Of a stretch of 64,000 nt of DNA, positions 1-12,006 are shown in pieces. Source of the stretch: Mantamonas sphyraenae STR306 (taxonomy: Eukaryota > Protista > CRuMs); contig JAPMXV010000021.1 of assembly GCA_026936335.1 (NCBI GenBank), positions 1-64,000 on the forward strand. The letters run 5' to 3'. The notes beneath the pieces are model-generated. The model was not told where the DNA came from. It was given only the letters and a program-made list of their open reading frames with translations, and ran no database searches. Within the stretch, counting starts at the first letter, position 1, and every line of letters begins with the position of its first letter. The position numbers and the translations under genes are program-made.

Positions 1-222
1 TAACCCTAACCCTAACCCTAACCCTAACCCTAACCCTAACCCTAACCCTAACCCTAACCCTAACCCTAACCCTAACCCTAACCCTAACCCTAACCCTAAC
101 CTAACCCTAACCCTAACCCTAACCCTAACCCTAACCCTAACCCTAACCCTAACCCTAACCCTAACCCTAACCCTAACCCTAACCCTAACCCTAACCCTAC
201 CCTAACCCTAACCCTAACCCTA
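1..222 (+). repeat. Telomeric repeat (CCCTAA)n / TTAGGG, left chromosome end
   Basis: Tandem TAACCC array from base 1, with two single-base variant units (~101 and ~199), ending at taacgctatg. Confidence 0.98.
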
Positions 223-501
223 ACGCTATGCTAGTTAAGGTTGTTTATAGTTGTGTGATGATTCCGGTCTAGGTCATGTGAGTTGTGCTTGTGTCCGCTG
301 GCGGGGTGGCTGAGTTGGGTGGTGACTTGGGGCAGTTGGCAATGGGTGGGAGTGGAAATGTTGCTGGTGAATGGCCGTCGCCCTGCAACGCCGCGCAGTC
401 AGCACTGCCCATCCGCCTTCAACCAAAATATCACCAACACCCACAACTCCCTCCACCAGTCCAATACAATCCACTTGCACTCTCGTACCACCACCACCAT
501 C

Positions 502-3500
502 ATGGACAAGGACTACTCAAGCACTCCGAAGCAACAACACACACCCAACACCTACCCAGCGTGCGTTCTGCCTTCCACTCCGTTTTCTGACTGCCCGCTT
601 CTCCCGCTTCCTTGCCCCCTCCATGCCTCCGTCGCTTTCCTGCACTTCTCCCCTGCATCACCACTTCCCCATCATCACCGTCGCTGCCTTCTCCGCTCTT
701 CTCCGTTCCCCTCTCCCCTGTCACTGCCCTCCCCGTCGCCAGTTTCCCGGTCTGCCAATCTCCTCCGTTTTTTCGTCTCTGCTCGTTCCAGCCTCCCTTC
801 ACCCCGCTTCTGCCCTGACGGCGTCCATTCCGTCTTCCGCTCACCGTTCCTACCCCACCATGCCCCTGCCCGTCTCCCCACAGCTACGCGTACATGGTCC
901 CTCCCATGGCTGCCCAGCCGTTTCCGAACATGCTGCCCGCCTCTGGCGTACAAAACCCGTACCAGCACCCACAACCACCCATCATCTGGGTCCCTGTCAA
1001 CACCCATTCCCAGCAGTACCACGCATATGCTCATCAGGGCCACCCATACTATGCCTACCCTCCTCCGCCGCCTCCTCAGCCGCGACAAACCGGCCAGATG
1101 CACTTCGCTCAGCCTCCGTTGCACCCCCCGCCTGCTCAACCCACCACTAACCACAACCGCGTCCCCAAACGCATCAGTCCTGCCTTTGTCGGCATCACAC
1201 GGACCACATCCACCACCACATCGTCGTCCAGTTCTCACCAGGCCACACGGCAGACTGGAGACTGCGTCGACGACGACGCAGACCAGGACACACAAGACAC
1301 CGGCGACGTGGAGGACCTGATGTTCCTGAACTTTGGCCATCGTGAACCACGACCGTTCCCCGGCAACTCAGAATGGATGTCCAGCTCAGGGATGGAGGCG
1401 TACGAAGAAGACGGCGAGGCAAACGACATAACCCAGCAGCATGTGGACGACGAGTTGCAAATTCAGGGCTCACTCAGCATTGCAGACACTGGTGATATCA
1501 TGGATGAGGAGTACGTGCCGCAAGGCGACAGTGACGACGACGCAGACCACATAGAGCAGGAGGACACGGTCGAATGGCAACCGAGACGCACAAGAAGAGG
1601 CCACGCCCGGTGTCGCAGAGTCCACAGTAGCCGACAGACTGTTCCACAAAAGATGAAAGGCAGCGGACAGCGCAGGCGCAGGGTCACGGCTGGCAGTGGC
1701 ACAGAGACAGGAACGTCGAGCACACGAGCAAGGAGGGCCAAGAACGGAGACAACAGCGCACGGAAGAAAGCAGGCGTGAACAAGACAAGGAGGTTGCCAG
1801 ATGGTGTCGTGCGCAAAGGGTGGACAATTGGATACTGTGACGAGCGCAGCCACGGCAACAAGAAGGAGCACACGGCACTGCTGAACCACATGCACACTCT
1901 GGCCAATGAGCATCCCATTGACGACATCCCAGACCTCATGATTCTCCAGGCGCGTGTTGTGGTCTGCCATGGCACCCTGTTGACGCTGGTCCAACAGATT
2001 CAGCTCGCTCTGGGCAACATTCCCCTTTCCCAAGGCGACATGGCCTTCTGCCTCACTCTTCTCGGCCGTGAGCTGGATCAATTGGCGTGCAGTGCAGCCA
2101 TCCCCCACGCTGGTCTGGCCATGGGTGTGACAAAGGCTGGGTTGAAGGTGTGCTGGTTGGAGGAGCCACACGACCGCGGTGACCCCAACTACGCCCTTCT
2201 CCACCTGCTCATGACCGCGATGGACACTTTCGGCAACAGGTCCCTTCCCACCACATGGAAGGAGCACGAGCAGACTCAACTGTGGCTGCAGAAAGCACGA
2301 CGCCCTGCTGACAACGACAGCGACCCACATTGGACAAAATGCGACTACGACCACCACCTCACCACCATCAAGATGTACAAGTGGCAATCTGAGTCTGCGC
2401 GCAGTGGCTGGAGCACACACCCGCACAACGACGAGCGTGGCAGCTGCACGCCGCGGGAGTTCCAGACGCTGCTGGCACACATGAAGGCACGCGCAGCCAA
2501 GCACCCTCGCCATCAGCACACACACGAGCACCAGGCACTGCGTGGGCTGATCAACAACGGCAGCCTGCGGTCCCTGCTGCGACACATCGTCCTGGCGCTG
2601 GGCAACGTTGGCGTACCGCCCGTCGACCTGGCCTTCTTTGTCCGCCTCCTCCGGCCACGCCTCACCTACAAGCATGTGCAAATTGCCATCAGCCACACCC
2701 TCAGCCGCGGTGTCACCTCCCTCTCCCTCAAGATCGCCTGGCTCGACAACCCCCAACCCAGCGACGCCACACTGCACACCCTCCTCCACACCCTCATCGA
2801 CCGCATCACACCCCACATCACCAATCGACCCACCACCGTCCACGCCGTCAACGCCATCCGCATCCCCGAACTTGTTCTTCCCGAGTCAACAGAGGAGGAG
2901 ATGGTGGCCGAGGATGGCCTGCCAGATGGCGTTGTGCGCAGTGGCTGGACGTACTGGCGTAAGAGCGAGCGCATGCACAGCAACAAGAAGGAGCACACGG
3001 CACTGCTGAAGCACATGCACACTCTGGCCAACGAGCATCCCATCGACAACATCCCTGACCTCATGACCCTGCAGGCGCGTGTTGTGGTCTGCCATGGCAC
3101 CCTATTGACACTGGTCCGACAGATTCAGCTCACTCTGGGCAACATTCCCCTCTCCCAGGGCGACATGGCCCTCTGCCTCACCCTTCTCGGCCGAGATGTG
3201 GATCAAGTGGCGTGCAGAAAAGCCATCCCCCACGCTGGTCTGGCCATGGGTGTGACAAAGGCTGGTTTGAAGGTGTGCTGGCTGGAGGAGCCACACGACC
3301 ACGGCGACCCCAACTACGCCCTCCTCCACCTGATCATGACAGAGATGGACACTCTCGGCAACAGACCCCATCCCACCACCTGGAAGGAGCATGAGCAGAC
3401 CCAGCTGTGGCTGCAGGAAGCACGACGCCCTGTTGCCAACGACAGCGACCCACACTGGACTCAATGCGACTACGACCACCACCTCACAACCACCAATGTG

Positions 3501-4457
3501 GAAAAGTGGCATCCCGAGTCTGTGCGCAATAGCTGGAGCACAAACCTGCACAACGACGAGCGGAGCAGCTGCGCGGCGCGGGAGTTCCAGACGCTGCTGG
3601 CACACATGAAGGCACGCGCAGCCAAACACCCTCGCCATCGGCACGCACACGAGCAACATGCTCTGCGTGAGCTGATCAACAACGGCAGCAAGCTGTCTCT
3701 GGTGCGACACATCATCCTGGCGCTGGGCAACGTTGGCGTGCCGCCTGTCGATCTGGCCTTCTTTGTCCGCCTCCTCAGACCACACCTCACCTACAAGCAG
3801 GTGGTTGGTGCCATCAGCAACACCCTCACCCGCGGTGTCACCTCCCTCTCCCTCAAGATCGCCTGGCTCGCCAAACCCAAACCCAGCGACGCCACACTGC
3901 ACACCCTCCTCCACACCCTCATCGACCGCATCACACCCCACATCACCACCCGTCCCACCACAGTCGCACTCGTCAACGCCTACCCCATCCCCCCCTTTCA
4001 CCCTGCCCAAGCGCAAAGACCCTTCCTCCTCCTCCTCCTCCTCGAAACGGCAACGCCTCGAATGAACCACTCTTCATTCCCTCTCCCTCCCACTCACCCT
4101 CACCTCCCCACCCACCCAACCACCCTCTCCAGCACCTCATCCGGCAGTGTCACCCACCCTTCCCACCCTCTCTCCTCCACATACTCCTCCATCCCCCCCA
4201 CACCCAAACATCACCTCCCTCTCTTCCCCATTCATAACCAACCCCGTCTCTTTAGCCTCGTACACCTGTGCACCCCACCCATCCGCCTTCAACCAAAACA
4301 TCACCAACACTCACAACACCCTCCACCAGTCCAATACAATCCACTTACACTCCAGTACCACCACCACCATGGACAAGGACTACTCAAGCACTCCGAAACA
4401 ACAACACACACCCAACACCTACCCAGCGTGCGTTGTGCCTTCCACTACGTTTTCTGA
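502..4457 (+). CDS. Unknown modular repeat protein, copy 1 (2 x 375-aa repeats = 4 modules); exons 502-560, 884-4457; +1 frameshift near 3990 relative to copy 2 (homologous stop at 4065)
   Basis: ATG 502, donor GTGCGT 561, CTGAC branch ~814, CAG acceptor 883; phase matches ORF 894..4457. P/Q/Y-rich N-terminus, acidic then basic region, repeats starting at 1794 and 2919. Confidence 0.85.
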
Positions 4458-7400
4458 CTGCCCGCTTCTCCCGCTTCCGTGCTTCCTCCATGCCTCCCTC
4501 GCTTCCCTGCACTCCTCCCCTGCATCACCACTTCCCCATCATCACCGTCGCTGCCATCCGCGCTCTTCTCCGATCCCCTCTCCTCTGTCACTGCCCTCCC
4601 CGTTGCCAGTTTCCCGGTCAGCCAATCTCCTCCGTTTCCCTCTCTGCTCGTTCCAGCCTCCCTTCACCCCTGCTTCTGCCCTGACGGCGTCCCTTGCGCC
4701 TTCCGCTCACCGGTACCACCCCGCCCTGCCCCTCCCCTTCTTCCCAAAGCTACGGGTACATGGTCCCCCCCATGGCTGCCCAGCCGTTTCCGAACATGCT
4801 GCCCGTCCAAGGCGTACAAACCCCGTACCAGCACCCACAGCCACCCATCATCTGGGTCCCTGTCAACACCCATCCCCAGCAGCACTACTCATATGCTCAC
4901 CAGGGCCACCCATACTACGCCTACCCTCCTCCGCCGCCTCCTCAGCCGCGACAAACCGCCCAGATGCACTTCGCTCGGCCTCCGTCGCACCCTCCGCCTG
5001 CTCAAGCCACCAAAAACCACAACCGCGTCCCCAAACGCGTCAGCCCTGCCTTTGTCGGCCTCACACGGACTACATCCACCACCACATCGTCGCCCTCCTG
5101 CCACCAGGCCCCACGGCAGACTGGAGACAGCGACGACGACGACGCAGATCAGGACGCACACACACATGACACCGGCGACGTGGTGGACCTGATGTTCCTG
5201 AACTTTGGCCACCGTGAACCACGGTCAATCTCCAGCAACTCAGAGTGGATGACCAGCTCAGGGATGGAGGCGTATGAAGAAGACGGCGTGGCAAACGACA
5301 CACCCCAGCAGCACGTGGACGATGAGTTGGAAACTCAGGGCGCACTCAGCTTCGCAGACACTGGCGATGCCATGGATGAGGAGTACATGCCGCAAGACGA
5401 CGGTGACAACGACGCGGACGACACGGAGCAGGAGAACACGGTTGAATGGCAGCCGAGACGCACAAGTAGAGGCCTCACACAACAACGCAGAAGCCACAAC
5501 AGCCGTCTTGCTGGTCCACAGAAGATGAAAGGCATCGGGCAGCGCAGGCTCAGGGTCACGGCTGGCAGTGGCACAGAGACAGGAACGTCGAGCACACGGG
5601 CAAGGAGGGCCAAGAACGGAGACACCGGCGCACGGAAGAAAACAGGCGAAGACAAGACGAACAAGTTGCCAGTTGGCGTTGTGCGCAAAGGGTGGTCGAT
5701 GAACTGGCGCAGTGACGAGCGCAGCCACAGCAACAAGAAGGAGCACACGGCACTGCTGAAGCACATGCACACCCTGGCCAACGAGCATCCCATCGACGAC
5801 ATCCCTGACCTCACGAACCTGCAGGCGCGTGTTGTGGTCTGCCATGGCACTCTGTTGACGCTGGTCCGACAGATCCTGCTCGCTATGGGCAACATTCCCC
5901 TCTCCCAGGGCGACATGGCCTCCTGCCTCACCCTTCTCGGCCGTTGTATGGATCAACATGCGTGCAGATTTGCCATCCGCGACGCTGGTCTGGCCATGGG
6001 TGTGACCAAGGCTGGTTTGAAGGTGTGCTGGCTGGAGGAGCCACACGACCACGGCGACCCCAACTACGCCCTCCTCCGCCTGCTGATCACAGAGATGGAC
6101 AATCGCGGCGACAGGCCCCATCCCACCACCTGGAAGGAGCACCAGCAGACCCAGCTGTGGCTGCAGAAAGCACGACGCCCTGCTGACAACGACAGCGTCC
6201 CACACTGGACACAATGCGACTACGACCACCACCTCACCACAACCAATGTGGAAAAGTGGCATCCTGTGTCTGTGCGCAGTGGCTGGAGCAGGGGAACTGG
6301 CAGCGACGAGCGTGGCAGCTGCACAGCGCGGGAGTTCCAGACGTTGCTGGCACACATGAAGGCACGTGCAGCCAAGCACCCTCGCCATCGATACGCACAC
6401 GAGAACAATGCACTGCGTGAACTGATCAACAACGGCAACCTGCAGTCCCTGATGCGACACATCATCCTGGCGCTGGGCAACGTTGGCGTGCCGCCTGTCG
6501 ACCTGGCCTTCTTTATCCGCCTCCTCAGGCCACACCTCACCTATAAGCAGGTACGCGATGTCATCAGCCACACCCTCACCCGCGGCGTCACCTCCCTCTC
6601 CCTCAAGATCGCCTGGCTCGACAACCCCCAACCCAGCGACGCCACACTGCACACCCTCCTCCACACCCTCATCGACCGCATCACACCCCACATCACCATC
6701 CGTCCCACCACCGTCCACGCCGTCAACGCCATCCGCATCCCCGAACTTGTTCTTCCCGAGTCAACAGAGGAGGAGATGGTGGCCGAGGATGGCCTGCCAG
6801 ATGGCGTTGTGCGCAGTGGCTGGACGTACTGGCGCAAGAGCGAGCGCATGCACAGCAACAAGAAGGAGCACACGGCACTGCTGAAGCACATGCACACTCT
6901 GGCCAACGAGCATCCCATCGACAACATCCCTGACCTCATGACCCTGCAGGCGCGTGTTGTGGTCTGCCATGGCACCCTATTGACACTGGTCCGACAGATT
7001 CAGCTCACTCTGGGCAACATTCCCCTCTCCCAGGGCGACATGGCCCTCTGCCTCACCCTTCTCGGCCGTGACATGGATCAAAATGCGTGCGGCAGTGCCA
7101 TCTTCCACGCTGGTCTGGCCACGGGTGTGACCAAGGCTGGGTTGAAGGTGTGCTGGCTGGAGGAGCCACACGACTACGGCGACCCCAACTACGCCCTCTT
7201 CCACCTGCTCATGACAGAGATGGACACTCTCGGCGACAGGCCCCATCCCACCACCTGGAAGGAGCACAAGCAGACCCAGCTGTGGCTGCAGAAAGCACGA
7301 CGCCCTGCTGACAACGACAGCGACCCACACTGGACGCAATGCGACTTCGACCACCACCTCACCACCACCAAGGTGGACAAGTGGCATCCTGAGTCTGTGC

Positions 7401-9073
7401 GCACTGGCTGGAGCAAGACCGCAGACGAGCGTGGCAGCTGCACGGCGCGGGAGTTCCAGACGCTGCTGGTACACATGAAGGCACGCGCAGCCAAGCATCC
7501 TCACCATCAGCATGCACACGAGCACCAGGCACTGCGTGAGCTGATCAACAACGGCAGCCTGAGGTCCTTGTTGCGACACGTCATCCTGGCGCTGGGCAAC
7601 GTTGGCGTGCCGCCTGTCGACCTGGCCTTCTTTGTCCGCCTCCTCAGGCCACACCTCACCTACCAGCATGTGCAACTTGCCATCAGCAACACCCTCTCGC
7701 GTGGTGTCACCTCGCTCTCCCTCAAGATCGCCTGGCTTGACAACCCCCAACCCAGCGACGCCACACTGCACACCCTCCTCCACACCCTCATCGACCGCAT
7801 CACACCCCACATCACCACCCGCCCCACCACCATCGACGCCGTCATCACCCTCGACATCCCCGAGCTTGTTCTGCCCGAGCCCACAGAGGAGGAGAAGCTG
7901 GCCGTGGACGATGGATTGCCAGATGGCGTTGTGCGCAGTGGCTGGACACAGTGGCGCACGAGCGAGCGCATGCACAGCAACAAGAAGGAGCACACGGCAC
8001 TGCTGAAGCACATGCACACTCTGGCCAAAGAGCATCCCATCGACGCCATCCCCGACATCATGACCCTGCAGGCGCGTGTTATGGTCTGCCATGGCACCAC
8101 GACCACACTGGTCCGACAGATTCAGCTCGCTTTGGGCAACATTCCCCTCTCCAAGGGCGGCATGGCCTTCTGCCTCACCCTCCTCGGCTGTGACATGTGT
8201 CAACAGGCGTGCAGCCGTGCCATCAACGGCGCTGGTCTGGCCATGGGTGTGACAAAGGCTGGGTTGAAGGTGTGCTGGCTGGAGGAGCCACACGACCACG
8301 GCGACCCCAACTACGCCCTCCTCCACCTGCTCATGACAGAGATGGACACTCTCGGCAACAGGCCCCATCCCACCAGCTGGAAGGAGCACAAGCAGACCCA
8401 GCTGTGGCTGCAGGAAGCACGACGCCCTGCTGACAACGACAGCGACCCACACTGGACACAATGCGACTACGACCACCACCTCACCACCACCAAGGTGGAA
8501 AAGTGGGAACCAGAGTCTGTGCGCAATAGCTGGAGCACCAACCGGCACAACGACGAGCGGAGCAGCTGCACGGCGCGGGAGTTCCAGACGCTGCTGGCAC
8601 ACATGAAGGCACGCGCAGCCAAGCACCCTCGCCATCAGCACGCACACGAGCACCATGCACTGCGTGAGCTGATCAACAACGGCAGCAAGATGTCCCTGGT
8701 GCGACACATCATCCTGGCGCTGGGCAACGTTGGCGTGCCGCCTGTTGACCTGGCCTTCTTTGTCCGTCTCCTCAGGCCACAACTCACCTACAAGCAGGTG
8801 CAACCTGTCATCAGCGACACCCTCACCCGCGGTGTCACATCCCTCTCCCTCAAGATCGCCTGGCTTGACAACCACCAACCCAGCGACGCCACACTGCACA
8901 CCCTCCTGCATACCCTCATCGACCGCATCACACCCCACATCACCACCCGCCCCACCACCGTCACACTCGTCAACGCCTACCCCATCCCCTCCTTCACCCT
9001 GCCCAAGCGCAAAGACCCTTCCTCCTCCTCCTCCTCCTCCTCCTCCTCCTCCAAACGCCAACGCCTCGAATGA
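4369..9073 (+). CDS. Unknown modular repeat protein, copy 2 (3 x ~375-aa repeats = 6 modules), ~1460 aa; exons 4369-4427, 4750-9073
   Basis: Same 59-nt exon 1 and intron as copy 1; repeats start at 5666, 6794, 7916; C-terminal PKRK-(D/P/S)n-KRQR bipartite NLS-like end. Confidence 0.9.
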
Positions 9074-9133
9074 ACCACCCTTTCATTCCCACACCCTCCC
9101 GGCCCCTCACTCACCCCTCCCCCACCTATCCAA

Positions 9134-10693
9134 TCACCCAACGTGGCTGCTCGCCAACGTCCTCGCCGTCAACGGCTCACCGCCCACCGTCATCACCTTG
9201 CCGTTAAACTCCACCTGGCGCTCTGCGTTCGTCTTCAGATACACCCCCATCTTCTCAAAATGCTTCTTGTTCATCTGTGCGTCGGGCTCCCCTGCAAACC
9301 CGTCCACCACGACCTTGTCGCCTGCGTTTGCATCTGCCGGCACGTCCACAAGCTCCACCTGCGTGTGTTCCTCGTTGCTCGCAGCGAGCACCATCCCTGC
9401 GCTCTCCACTCCCACCATCTTGCTGGGTTTCAGGTTGCACACAACCACCACCAGCCGGTCCTGCAGGTCCTCCAGTTCCACAAACCCGTACAGGCCCGAG
9501 CACACCAGCCTCGGCGACTCTTCTCCCACATCAATCTCCTCGCAGTACAGCTTGTCTGCCTTTGGGTGCTTCCAGCACTTCAGCACCTTGCCCACGCGCA
9601 GGTCCAGCCTCGAAAAGTCCTCCGGATCCTTTGCCTTGTTCTTCCCGCCGCCTTTGCCCTTTGCCTTGCCCCCACCTTCCTCCACCTCCTTCTTCCCGCC
9701 CTCCTTCTTCCCGCCCTCCTTCTTCCCGCCCTCCTTCTTCCCGCCCTCCTTCTTCCCGCCCTCCTTCTTCCCACCCTCCTTCTTCCCGCCCTCCTTCTTC
9801 CCGCCCTTCTCCTTCCCACCCTTCTTCTTCTTTGCCTCCTCCTTCGCCTCCTCCGCCGCCTGCTCCTCCGGCTCCATCAAGATGTGCACCTGCTTGAAAA
9901 AAGGGCACAGACTGCTTGTTCCCAGCGTTGTCTGCAGGTAGTCAAACCACCGCGTCACTGCCGCCAGCTCCTCGCGCTCAGCCACGCTCAGCTGCCCAAC
10001 CACCTCATACACAGCGCCAAACAGCACAAAGTCGGCCAACGTCAGCACGTCGTCCACCATGTACATGCGGCTCAGCAGGTGCTCGTTCAGCACGGCCAGC
10101 CCGCCCTTCACCGCGTCGTCCAGTGCCGCCTCCTCCAGGTCACTGTTGCGGAAGGTCAGCCACTCTTCAATCTGTGTGTACGCCCCATCCTGCCCGTGTC
10201 AGCCCTCACCACTCCTTCCCCTGCAGCTTTTCCCGTGAAATGCACCCACCTCCATCATCTGCTCCTGCGACGACCCCATCAGCGACATCGCCTCGCCACC
10301 CTTGATCCTGCACAGCTGCTTGCATGTCGTGTTCACACCGCACAGAAACTCAGGGAACCCGCTCTCCGATGGGATGGCCGGCAACTGCGGCCCCCAAGCG
10401 AATCCCGCACGCATGTTTCACCCCACCCGCGTCAGTTCCCGGCCTTGCCCCTGCCAACCCTACCCCCGTAAACTCGACCGCCTAACCACATCCTCTCGCC
10501 AACCCATCCGTGTCCCCCACCCGCCCCTCGTTCCTCTGGCCTGACCCCTCCCATTTCCACGAATCCATCCTACCTTGATCTCCTTGTTGTTGTTCGTCTT
10601 TGTCGGCAACCCAAGGTATGCGGCAAGCAACACTGCCGTCTGAGCCGCAGGGCTCTGATCCACATACAGCTGAATCTTGGCGTTCTTGGACAT
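9134..10693 (-). CDS. Arc1p/AIMP1-like aminoacyl-tRNA synthetase cofactor (GST-like domain + Lys-rich linker + EMAPII tRNA-binding OB fold); exons 10693-10574, 10384-10250, 10171-9134
   Basis: LDLRVGKVLKCWKHPKADKLYCEEIDVGE...NLKPSKMVGVESAGMVL motif; GST-C-like LNEHL...TLADFVLF...VTRWFDYLQ; two phase-0 GT-AG introns with CTGAC. Confidence 0.9.
9687..9830 (-). repeat. 15-nt coding minisatellite encoding (KKEGG)n linker
   Basis: About 8-9 tandem copies of ccgccctccttcttc on the + strand. Confidence 0.9.
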
Positions 10694-10767
10694 CGGTTTT
10701 TTTTCTTTCTTTCTCCGTGCCTCTATTGGCGCACTCGCCACATGGGACGCTTCATCGCGATCAGTCA

Positions 10768-11928
10768 TCAATGCGCATGGCCCGCTTCCCCAGCTTCGGC
10801 CTCAATCAGCGTCAGCAGGCCGATCACGGTCACGCCCAGGGCAAACGCCGCGTACGAGCGGAACTGCTTGCCGCCGCGCGACATTTCAGAGTTCATGATC
10901 GGGACCAGGATCGACAGTGCCACGTACAGGAAGTTGCCAGCGGTGAACGCCACCACGTATCGGTTAAAGTCGGCAATCGACGACCCAACTCCCAGCGAGA
11001 TGAACACGCCCACCAGCGCCGTCAGCGATGACGCAAGGTTGGCGAGCAGAGCACGCCTGTGGCTATATCCAGAGCGAACCAGCACGCCGTAGTCTCCCAG
11101 CTCCTGCGGGATCTCGTGCAGAGCCACCGCAAGAGTCGTCGTCCAGCCGAGCACTTGGCTCACCAGCATTGCGCTGCCGATGGCCATGCCGTCCACAAGG
11201 TTGTGCACGCTCTGTAACACAAACACCGCCCGCCATGTCAGCAAATCCCTCTTCACATCCATCTGCTTACACGCCGCGCAGCCGCATCGCGGACCTGCCG
11301 GAAAAAAAAACCCTCCATCCACACGAAAAAAAACCCTCCGACCACTTAAACTCACCTCGGCCGTCAGATTGACCCATGCGGTGGCATTGTCCACTTGCCT
11401 GGTCTCTGCAGACTCATCGTCGCCTTCGGCGCCCTCCTTGTCCTTGACAGGCTGTTCCTCAGACGGCGTAATCGTCGCCATGTGGTTGTGCGAATGGCCT
11501 GCATGGGTGTGGCCTGTATTCCCGGTTGCGTTCTGCACAATGCGCTCCATCACCATCAGCGAGAACGCACCAAAGAATGCAGTCAACCCCAGCAGCACCA
11601 TTTGGTCGTGCTTTGCATCTTCAAAAGCGTGCGGAATCAGGTGAAGGAACGAGTCGGACATCATCGTGCCCGCTGCAATGGCTACAAATGCGCTCAACAC
11701 AGAATCCCAAGATTCCTTGTTCATGCACGGCAGCGCGGTCATACCCACCAGCGAAAGCACACACACAATCACCACTGCACCAATGGCTGAGCCCCAAGCA
11801 AGCTGCAGCTCCTCTGCCTCGTGGCCAGCCTCGTTCGCGTGGTCGTCGTGGCCCTCTTCACCGAGGACGCCACCCGCAAGCACCATCATGCACATAAGCA
11901 CAGCAAGGATCCATACACGCACAGACAT
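10768..11928 (-). CDS. ZIP (SLC39, LIV-1 type) zinc transporter; intron 11355-11212
   Basis: DSFLHLIP, His-rich loop, HNLVDGMAIG, HEIPQELGD; 144-nt in-frame GTGAGT..CAG intron with GCTGAC. Confidence 0.93.
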   Translation of the reverse strand: MSVRVWILAVLMCMMVLAGGVLGEEGHDDHANEAGHEAEELQLAWGSAIGAVVIVCVLSLVGMTALPCMNKESWDSVLSAFVAIAAGTMMSDSFLHLIPHAFEDAKHDQMVLLGLTAFFGAFSLMVMERIVQNATGNTGHTHAGHSHNHMATITPSEEQPVKDKEGAEGDDESAETRQVDNATAWVNLTAEVSLSGRRVFFRVDGGFFFPAGPRCGCAACKQMDVKRDLLTWRAVFVLQSVHNLVDGMAIGSAMLVSQVLGWTTTLAVALHEIPQELGDYGVLVRSGYSHRRALLANLASSLTALVGVFISLGVGSSIADFNRYVVAFTAGNFLYVALSILVPIMNSEMSRGGKQFRSYAAFALGVTVIGLLTLIEAEAGEAGHAH

Positions 11929-12006
11929 GATCACAACAGGGCGAATGAAAACGAAAAAAACCGATCAAAAAAAAAGGTGCTTTGCCTCGCGCATCCACTC
12001 TCTCGC

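Larger units (their letters stand above)
408..9090 (+). repeat. Subtelomeric tandem duplication: unit 1 ~408-4085, unit 2 ~4278-9090
   Basis: Homology begins at cccatccgccttcaaccaaaa (408 and 4278) and covers leader, exon 1, intron, CDS and the stop context CGAATGAACCAC (4059-4070, 9067-9078). Confidence 0.93.

Noticed and set aside
254-313. C/D box snoRNA-like pair GTGATGA...CTGA next to the telomere
   Set aside because: No terminal stem or recognisable rRNA guide; likely chance
1794-8990. Diversity-generating retroelement as the source of hypervariable codons
   Set aside because: Some variable codons fit NNC, but adjacent adenines (CAA, ATC) are invariant, third positions also vary, and no reverse transcriptase or template repeat is present in the window
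408-9090. Telomere-targeting retrotransposon or DNA transposon
   Set aside because: No RT, endonuclease, helicase or DDE motifs, no terminal inverted repeats, target-site duplication or poly(A) tail seen; both copies keep a spliceosomal intron
11212-11355. 48-aa insertion in the ZIP transporter (also the 26-aa insertion at 35437-35514)
   Set aside because: Both are stop-free 3n introns with canonical splice signals that the ORF track reads through
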